NCBI RefSeq assembly: GCF_009914755.1
Contig: NC_060936.1
Source of the DNA: the human T2T-CHM13v2.0 reference genome, Homo sapiens
Reading direction: 5' to 3' (one strand)
Length of the DNA: 64,000 nt
Shown here: positions 54,371 to 64,000 of the stretch, in pieces
Numbering within the stretch: position 1 is the stretch's first letter
Layout: each line of letters opens with the position of its first letter
Translations under genes and position numbers: made by a program
The notes under the pieces: model-generated
Seen by the model: only the letters and a program-made list of their open reading frames with translations
What the model was told of the DNA's origin: nothing
Databases searched by the model: none

Positions 54371-56210
54371 ACATTTGAAAAACATACTGACCATTACTCC
54401 TAATAACTTCAGCAGCAAATATTTCTGAGCAAGTTTTATATAATAAAAACAAAAGGGATAAAGTAAAGTTAATAAAGTTAGTGAAGACGAATGTGACACA
54501 CTGAATATCTAGGATGCCAGGTCTACTCATGTCAACATTAAAATGAAGAAATACTGCTCTAATAAAATGAAGACTCTAATATATCTCTGGGGTTGAACTT
54601 GGGAGAGGTATGATGAGTATGGTGAACAAACACATCATGAATTAAATAAGTGATATAAAATGCATCTAAATGAGTTTGACGCAGTAAGTTTGCTGAGACA
54701 AGTCATATGTATTAAAGGGCAGGGTTTATCTCAGTTGAATGCTGTGTGTAAGACACTGGACTAGGTGCACTCATCTCACTTAATACAGTCATTTAATTAA
54801 TACTTCTATTATGAAGCAGACATGATCTTATCCTTTTTTATGATGTACTCCCCATTTAATAGATAAGAAAACTTTGTTTTAGAAATGTTAAATTGTTTAT
54901 CCAAGGACAGGCCAAGAACACAGAACACAGCCAGGGGCAAAAGTACAAATGCAAGTGTGTAAATAATAAAAAAGTTACAAATAAAAGGAACAAAGTAGCA
55001 AATAAAATGGTTTCTTTCTCCTACTTTGACAAAAATACATTCATGGCAAGCTGGAATGACATTTCCTATGCAGAATTTTTAGATTCATTGGAAATCAATG
55101 CAAGAACAGTGTTGCCTGTGCCCTATCCAAGAAGTAGCCCTGCTCCATCTATCTCTGGCTTAGTCACACCGGGAGGGACAGCCCAGCTTTCCTATCTCAG
55201 TCCACCCCTTTCTGCAAACTGACCACCCTCTGTTCATTCCTCACACCTAGGGCTTCAGTCTTTGCAATGTGGTCTCACCTGGGGCAGAAGATCTCAGGAA
55301 AGATGCCCGTGCACGTCCAAGTAGCAGGCTTGGAGCTGCAGCCTGGGGGACTTAGAATATTGTCCAGAAATGGGGAAGGGCATGCACAGGCTCTGAGTAG
55401 ACAAAAGCTCTTCACCCTCACCCTGTATTCTGTGTTCTCTGAGGAAGGCCATGACCCAGGAAGGCCAGCATGAAACCAACATAGATCAGAGCAGTAACCT
55501 CTCTTGCCTAGGTCTAAGAGAGGTAGTGGCCAAGACCACACTGATTGCAAGAAGGGGAGCCCAGATGGGTTTGCTGAAAAGTGCATACTTTTCACACAGC
55601 TAAATACTTCTTTTCTTCCTTCTGCTTTGTCATCAAACTAAGATATTTATATATTAAAGTGCAGTTCTGAAACTACATGGCATCGAAGAAAGACAATGAG
55701 AGAGAGGGTAAAAGAGGAAAGGAAGAACAGTATGTGGAAAACACGGGTGGATAGAGGGAAAGAGGAGACAACGAGAGGAAACACTGCATGTGGAGAAAGG
55801 TAGTATAGTCATTGGAAGGTTACCTAATATAGGTAATAATATAAATCGACTATACATGATTTAAGCACTTGTATTCCTACAATAAAAAGTTTTATTATAG
55901 AATAGACTTTAAAGCAGAATGTGATGCACATACAGGTTAAGATTGCCAAAACAGAAAGACATAGCCAAGCAGATGTAATCTATCACATACATGTTCTCAA
56001 GATTAACAACTAGTTCTCAAGTGAACTTCATAGCACCATTAGCCATATAGTTCAATCTAAATTTACAGGGTAGTTGGGGTGGCCACCTGTGTCTGCTGAT
56101 TGTCTTTAAAAGAAAAAAAATAAATTTCTTGTATATTATGACTGGAGGTAGGTTTGCAATTTGTAACCAGGCACCAGCTGAAGTTAGGCTCCTACCTCCC
56201 AGGAACCTAG

Positions 56211-56672
<462 letters not shown>

Positions 56673-57488
56673 GAAATCGCAAGTTTTCTAAAGTAAATAA
56701 TCTAAGCAAAAGTGTGTAGGGAGAGAAGTCTCTTCTCCTATTTTGAGTATGGAGAATTAAACTACTTATTTTTACTTGCATTTGCTCTTACGTATTCTTC
56801 AAGTTTTACTCACAAATAATGTGCTTCATTCTCTTGTCTATTCACTGTTCAAAATGTATGTCTTCCACAACTTTACAGGAATGTCATCATTATTATGACA
56901 TTATTAATTCTAAAGTATTTCAATTTTATCGTAAAGATTTAAAAAAATGCCTTGACGGAAAGCACATATGCATCATGTAAGACAGTATTTCTTCTCTTAA
57001 AAGTGATCTTGTTGGTGAATGTATTTACTAAATAAATATGAATTGAGTATCCTGTATAGTTCAGGCACTCCTCTTGTCACCTGGGATACTTCAGTGAATT
57101 AAACAGGCAAAGAAACATTGGGTTTATGCAGCTTAAAACCTAGAAGGATACAGTCAATAAACAAAAAACATTATAAGCAGTAAACATGTTATATTACAAG
57201 GTGATAAAATCTGTGGGATAAAATAGAGTAATATTAAATATAATGGTATTTGGGAGTATAAAGGTGGGGATGAAGTTGCAGTTTTAACTTGTCAGAGTGT
57301 GCCTCACTGAGATGAAATTTAAACTGAGACTTGAAGGAGGCTAACTCTACAATTAATTTATGAGTAAATGGTTACATCTTTGCAGGAATACAGAAAAGAG
57401 AGTCAGATATGTTATCTTAATTTTGTCAGTTATAAGGAACAGTAGCCAAGGACAGTGTGGATTCAACATAGCAGAATATTTTGCTGGG

Positions 57489-57898
57489 TGTCTACGTTCA
57501 TTTGCCTTGCTATCCATAAGGAAATATCTGAGGCTGGGTAATTTATGAAGAAAGGGGGTTATTCACCTCCTGTATTTGAAGGCTGTATAAGAAGCATGGC
57601 ACCAGCCTTTACTTCTGGTGAGGGTCTCTGGGTGCTTCCGCTCACGGCAACGGCCAAGGGCAGCTAGCCTTTGCCGAGATCACACCGTGAGAGAGGAAAA
57701 AAAAGAGAGGGACGAGGAGGAATGACAGCTCTGTGGGAAGTAACAGAGCGATAGCTCACTCATTACCAGGAGGACAACCCAAGCTATTCCTGAGGGGTTT
57801 GCCCACATGACCCAAAGAATTCCCAACAGGCCCTACCTCCATCACAGGGATCAAATTTCAACATGGGTTGTGGGGAGACAAACTCCTAAACAATAGCA
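57489..57898 (-). mobile_element. MST (MSTB-like) MaLR solo LTR in unit 1 only
   Basis: TG...CA, ataaggaaatatctgaggctgggtaattta...aaatttcaacatg...aaacaatagca; TSD CTGGG/GTGGG; empty site at ~63905. Confidence 0.82.
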
Positions 57899-58223
57899 GT
57901 GGGAAGAGGTGGGATGCTGGAACTTGGGACTTATGAATGGGGAAGAAAGCAGATTGGGGAGTTTCTGCTCTGTCCAGGAGAAGAGTCTCTCTAGCACACA
58001 TCGATGATTGAATTTCCACAGCTTGATTCTCCTCTCTTTCTTAAGGTCTTAGAACCATGACAAAAAGACATGGATAGGTGGTATATGCTGTTCAAGTGCT
58101 GCCAGAATAATAAGACTTGTATAAAATAAAAAAGTGGCTTTTGATAGTGTCATAATCAGACCACTTTTATAGTCTATGCTAACAATGCTGTTTTCAAATA
58201 AAATCTTCTGTTATTTGCTGTAG

Positions 58224-58373
58224 GTGGCTTCTCTTATGGTAGTTCATCCTCTGGTGACTTGGACAGAAAAAAGCCACTCTTTAGCTTGGAATTTGGTTCT
58301 CCAGGAGAGACTGAAGACAAGTCCAGACAACGTCAGGATGCTGGGAGTCCAAAGTCAGAAGACACCCCAGCAG
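58224..58373 (+). CDS. MUC19: MUC19 exon 4 (150-nt repeat exon)
   Basis: ctgtag|GTGGC...GCAG|gtactg; GGFSYGSSSSGDLDRKKPLFSLEFGSPGETEDKSRQRQDAGSPKSEDTPA. Confidence 0.92.
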
Positions 58374-58915
58374 GTACTGTTACAGAAAATACACTTACAT
58401 AGCAAGCATGGTTTTTTTTTGGATAATATGATAACCTTTGTTTTATTGAAGATGTGGCCTTAATAGAAATGTGAAGACCCTATAGGCACTAATGCTAGTT
58501 CCAAAGAGAATGCTAAATTCTGTCTTTAGAGAATTCTGGCAAAGAGGTTTACAATAATTATTGCCCTGGTAATATTTATTTTGTATGCTATCTTTATATG
58601 TAGTATCTTTATTGTTATTATAATATATTTCATTGTATAAATTAATAATTTAAAGTTCTTCCTGGACCCAAATATAGTGTAAGATCTCTCTATTCACATT
58701 TCTGTAATCTAACCACCATTCATTTCCTACATTAGGATTCTCTCTTTAAATTACACCCTTAATTTGCTAAACAATATTATAAAGCAGAGTTTCTAAAAAG
58801 TTTATGGCCTGCAATTTTTTGGGGAGGAAAAATTTTAAATGTCTTTAGGTGAGGTATTTCATCTTTTGCTGTATAAAATTTTAAATATCTTTAGGTGAGG
58901 TGTTTCATCTCTTTT

Positions 58916-59296
58916 TGTATTAGTTTTATTCTCATGCTGCTATGAAGAGATACCTGAGACTGGGTAATTTATAAAGAAAAGAGGTTTAATTGACTCACAG
59001 TTCCACATGGCTGAGGAGGCCTCAGAAAATTTACAAGCATGGCAGAAGGGGAAATAAACACATGCTTCTTCAAATGGTAGCAGGAGAGAGAAGAATGAGA
59101 GAAGAATGAGTGAAGGGAGAAGCCTCTTATAAAACCATCAGATCTTGAGAACTTACTTATTATCACAAGAATAGCATGGGGGAAACTGCACCCATGATTC
59201 AATTACCTCCCACTAGGTCCCTCCCACCACATGTGGGGATTATGGGAACTACAATTCTAGATAAGGTTTGGGTGGCCACAGAGCCAAACCATATCA
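58916..59296 (-). mobile_element. THE1/MSTA MaLR solo LTR downstream of exon 4
   Basis: tgtattag...gagactgggtaatttataaagaaaagaggtttaattgactcacagttcc...gagccaaaccatatca; absent at the paralogous site ~61075. Confidence 0.88.
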
Positions 59297-60425
59297 CTTG
59301 TTTAACACATTTCTTCCCCCTGCCAATTCAAATTTTTTCTGTATTTTCCTGGTCTCTGAAATCTGTATGGTTTGCACCTCTACAAAAAAGAGAAAGAAGG
59401 AAGTCCAGTGAAATCAATAATTTCAATATCTCATATGAAAATTTAATATTGGAGTTCATGTAATGAAAAGGCAGTAACCGTTTTGGGTGTAGGAGGTGTG
59501 GTTATAATATCTTTAGGCAGGACATAAAATTTTATATCTTTCCATGAGGTTGATATTATTTTATCCACATTCATTATGTAGTCTTCATTTAATAGTAAAA
59601 TAAATTTTGTTTAAGGGAACTTTGTTTTAGAAGTGTTAATTTGTTTAACCAAGGACAGGCCAAGAGCACAGTCAGGGTCAAGAGTATAAATGCAGATATA
59701 TAGACAATTAAAGGTTACAAATAAAATAACAAAATGGTACATAAAATATGTTTTTTTTTTCCTTCCTTGACAACAATATATTTGTGACAATCCGGAAGGC
59801 AGGTTCCAATGTAGAATTTTCATGTTTACTGGAATTCAATGTGAGAATAAGGTTGGCTGTGCCCTAGGCAAGTTCTCTATAGCCTCGCTCTTTTTATTTT
59901 CTGCTTAGTCCCATACTGGGAGGGATGCCCCAGCTTTGCTATCTTAGTCCATCTTCTTCCACACACTCACCATCCCCTGTCCATCCTTCAGATCTAGGGT
60001 TTCAATCAGTGTAATGTGGTCTCACCTGGAGGAGAAAGTCTTGGGAAAGATGCCCATGCAGGCCCAGATCCCGGGTTTGGCTATAGCCCTGGGGACTTAG
60101 AACATGGTCCAGAAATGGGGTAGGGGATCACACAGGCTCTAGGTAGGCATGCCTTCTTCACCCTCAGCCTGCAGCCTCTGCTCTCTGGAGAGCATCATGA
60201 CCCAAGGAAGGCCAGAGTGAGACTTGCGTAGATCAGATTAGGAACTTCCAAAATGTATGGATTAGATGATTAAGTCCCAGTGGTATATGTTGTTTCAAGT
60301 GCTGCTAGGATAATGGGATTTATACAAAATAAAATGTGGCTTTTCATAATGTCATAATCAGATGACATTTATATTCTGTGCTAATAATGCTGTTTTCAAA
60401 TAACATCTTCTGTCATTTGCTGTAG

Positions 60426-60575
60426 GTGGCTTTTTTAACAGTAGTTCATCCTCCGGTGACTCAGACAGGACAAAGCCATTCTTTAGCTTAGGACTTGGTG
60501 CTCCAGGAAAGGCTGAAGACAAGTCCGGAGACAGTCAGGATGCTGGAGGTTCAAAGTCAGAAGACACCCCACCAG
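60426..60575 (+). CDS. MUC19: MUC19 exon 5 (150-nt repeat exon, paralogue of exon 4)
   Basis: ctgtag|GTGGC...CCAG|gtaccg; GGFFNSSSSSGDSDRTKPFFSLGLGAPGKAEDKSGDSQDAGGSKSEDTPP. Confidence 0.92.
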
Positions 60576-63500
60576 GTACCGTTCCAGAAAAACATATGTA
60601 CCTAGCAAGCAAGTGCTTTTTGTTTTCATTTTGGATAATCTGATAACCTACGTTTTATTGAAGACAAAGCCTGCATAGAAATAGTGGAAACCCTAAAGAT
60701 GCTATTTCCAGGGCCAGTGAGAGTGATAAATTCTGTCTTTAGAGAATTGTGGCAAAAAAGTTTACATTAAATTAATTATTGTCCTGATAATATTTATTTT
60801 TAATGTTATCTTTATATTTAGTATCTTTATTGTTATGACATATTTCAGTGTGTAAATTAATAATTTAAAATGCTTCCTGGACCCAAATGTACTACAGAAT
60901 CTCTCCATTCACATTTTTATAATCTAACCACCATTCATTTTCTACACTAGGATTCTCTCTTACACACTCAGTTTACTAAATAGTAGCATAAAGCTGAGTT
61001 TCTAAACAGTGTGTAGACTCCATTTTTTTTTTTTTAGGAAAAATTTTAAATGTCTTTAGGTGAGACATTTAATCTCGTTTGACATATCTTTCCCTGCTGG
61101 CCTATTTAAACTTTCAATGTACTTGCCTAGTCTCTGAAATCTTTAGAGTTTATACCTCTACATGGGAAAGAAAGAGGTTCAGTGAAATAAATAACTCCAA
61201 TATTTTATATGAAAATTTAATATCTGAGTCCATGTAATAAAAAGGCAGAAATAGCTTTGGGTATAGAGATGTGGTTGTAATATCTTTAGGCAGAACATAA
61301 AATTTTATCTCTTTTCATGAGTTTGGTAATATTTTATCCTCATACATTACGTAGTGCCCATTTAATAGTGAAATAAACTTTGTTTAAGGAAACTTTGTTT
61401 TAAAAATGTTAATTTGGTTAGCTGAGGACAGGCCAAGGGCCCAGTCATGGTCAAGAGTATAAATGCAGGTATATACATAATTAAAAGTTACCAATAAAGG
61501 AACATAATAGGACATAAAATGTGTTGCTTTTTCTACCTTGACAAAAGTACACTTGTGACAACCTGGAAGGCAGGATCCAATGCAGAATTTTTAGGTTTAT
61601 TGGAATTCAATGCAAGATCCGTGAGGACTGTGTCCTGGCTAAAGTCTCCACAGTCATGCTCCTTCTGTCTCTGGCTTATTCCCGTACTGGGAGGGACATC
61701 CCAGGTTTTCTATCTCAGTCCATCTCCTTCTGCACACTGACCACCCCTTCTCCATCCCTCAGACCTAGGGGATGGTATTTGCAATGTGGTCTCACCTGGA
61801 AAAGAAGGTCTTAGGAAACATGCCCGTGCATGCCCATGTAGCAGACTAGGGACTGCAGCCCTGGGGCCCTAGAATGTGATCCAGAAAGGGAGACTGGGAT
61901 AGCGCAGGCTCTGGGTAGACATAATCCCTTCACTCTTGGCCTGTATTCTGTGCTCTCTGAGGAGTGGCATGACCCCAGGAAGGCCAGAGGAAGATGTGGG
62001 TAGACCAGAACAAGAATCCCTGTTGCCTGAGTGGAAGAGAGCTACTATCCAAGGCTACCAATTGCAAATGGAGGAACCCAGATGCAGAGTTTATACTTTT
62101 GCTCTGACTGAATACTGCTTTGCTTCCTTCTGCTTTGCCACCAAACTAAAATATTTATATATTAAGATGCAGCTCTGAAACTACATCACATTGAAAAAGA
62201 CAATAAGAAAGATGGTAAAAGAGAAAAAGAAGAGTGTGTAGTGAAGAATGGTAGATAGAGGGAAAGAGGAGAGAAAGAAGGGAAATACTGTATATAGGAA
62301 GAGTAGTACAGGTAATAGTGGTTGAAGGGTTAGGTAATAAAACAATAGTATATATTGGCTGTTCATAATTTAAACATTGCTTTAGTCCTAAAACAAACAC
62401 CTACATGCAAATTTTATAATTTCAAAATCTCTTGAATGTTGAATGCCTTTCCCTAACACTACATAATAGATTATTATTTTGACTATTCTTATAATCACAG
62501 ACATATTTTATTTTTCCTATTAGTTTTAGAAAAGTAGAGATATACTTGCTAGAAACATGGAAAATGGCTAAGAATTCCAAGAGAGGTTGTTGGGGAAATG
62601 TCTTTAAAAACAGTCTCCTGCCACCTCTGAAAACCTGTTCTGACAGGCATCTCGCTATAAAGATTGCAGACACACAGAAATATTTCTTTTTTATAAAACA
62701 AGCAGATAAAACAATTACATGTAAGTTGTGAAGATAAGAAATAACTAGTTTTTGAGCAGACTTGACAGCATCATTAGCTACAGGGTTCATCCTACATTTA
62801 CATGGTAGTTGGGGTAGCCATCTGTGTTTACTGATTGCTTTAAAATAAGAACTAATTTCTTGTATATTATGACTGGAGGTAGGTTTGTGATTTGTAGCCA
62901 AACACCAGCTGAAGTTAGCATCCTACCTCCGAGGAATTTAGGAGATAGGGAAGCATCTTCCTTATGACTACATTTCAAAGTGTTGGCCCCCAGCCCCTTG
63001 AAGAAACATTCTTGGGTGTTTATTTAGTCTTTAAAAATGTCTATATACATTTCAGAGAGCTAGAGAAAGTACACACAAGTTTTCTGCAGGAAATGATCAA
63101 ATAAAAGGTGTTTGTGGAGGGAGAAATCTCTTTCCTTATTTTAATAGGCAGAATTAAGCCACTTATTTTACTGTATTTGTGATTACACAGTCTTCAAGTG
63201 CTATTTACAAATCATTCACTTCATTTTTTGGTCTATTTGGTGACCAAAATTTATGTCTTCCACAACTCTACAGGAATATCACAGTTATTAAGATGTTATT
63301 AATTCTGAAGTGTTTAAATTTTATATAGAGATTTCAAAAAATATACAAATGGCATGATAGAAAGCATATACACTTCATGTAACAAGGTGTTTATTACCTT
63401 AAGAAGTGGTCTTTTTTGGTGACTACACTTATTAAATAAATACTGAGTGCTCTCTATTGTTGAGGCACTGGTCTGGGCACCTGAAATCCCTCTCTCCATA

Positions 63501-64000
63501 GAACAGGCAAAGAAAACTTGAGTTTATGGAGCTTAAAATGTAGAAGAAGGGTACAGTTAATACTCAATAAGCATTATAGACAGTGATAAAAGGTGCATCC
63601 CAAGGGGATATATTTTACCTTGTGTATTACAAGGTGATAAAATCTATGGGATAAAATAGAGTAATATAATGGTTATTGGGAATGTAATAGTGGAGTGGGG
63701 TTGCAATTTTAAGTTGTCAGAGTGTGCCTCATTGAGATGAAACTTAAGGAGGTGGATGCTACAATTAATTCATGACTAAATGTTTACATGCTTTCTTCCT
63801 TGCAGAAATACAGAAAAGAGAATCAGGCATGTTATCTTCATTTTATCAGCTATAAAGAACAGTAGCCAAGGACCATGTGGATTCAACATGGCAGAATATT
63901 TTGATTGGGGGAAGTGGGATGCTAGAACTTGGGGCTTAGGAATGGGGAAGGAAGCAGACTGGGGAGTTTCTGCTCTGTCCAGGAGAAGAGTATCTAGTAC

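Noticed and set aside
58224-58463. ORF track 79-aa protein MASLMVVHP...
   Set aside because: Wrong frame over MUC19 exon 4; the spliced phase-1 frame gives the GGFSYGSSSSG repeat conserved in exon 5
62422-62901. 159-aa minus-strand ORF with a paralogous ORF at 56017-56244
   Set aside because: Similarity comes from the intronic tandem duplication; the frame is not conserved between copies

Overview
Human (hominid) genomic DNA from the chr12q12 LRRK2-MUC19 locus, with both genes on the + strand. Bases 598-19899 hold the last nine coding exons of LRRK2 (exons 43-51: end of kinase domain, WD40 domain, C-terminal helix ...RRTSVE*), followed by a ~1.5 kb 3' UTR. A ~24 kb repeat-rich intergenic region contains a Tigger3 element, several LTRs and an internally deleted HERV-W (LTR17) provirus nested inside a MaLR LTR. 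From 45647 lie the promoter and first five exons of MUC19; exons 4 and 5 are 150-nt paralogues from an old tandem exon+intron duplication, and a third unit runs off the window end. An antisense SVA sits in LRRK2 intron 44 and a near full-length Tigger1 in MUC19 intron 1. I found no new multi-gene system. The most interesting details are: tandem hairpins in the LRRK2 3' UTR; a GC-donor/AAG-acceptor intron; a HERV-W with an Ile-type primer-binding site, microhomology deletions and a dead 3'-LTR polyA signal facing MUC19; a uORF in the MUC19 leader; and a locally templated inverted copy of a transposon end inside a microsatellite. Gene and repeat names come from recognising the sequence, not from a search, so repeat subfamilies and repeat boundaries are approximate.
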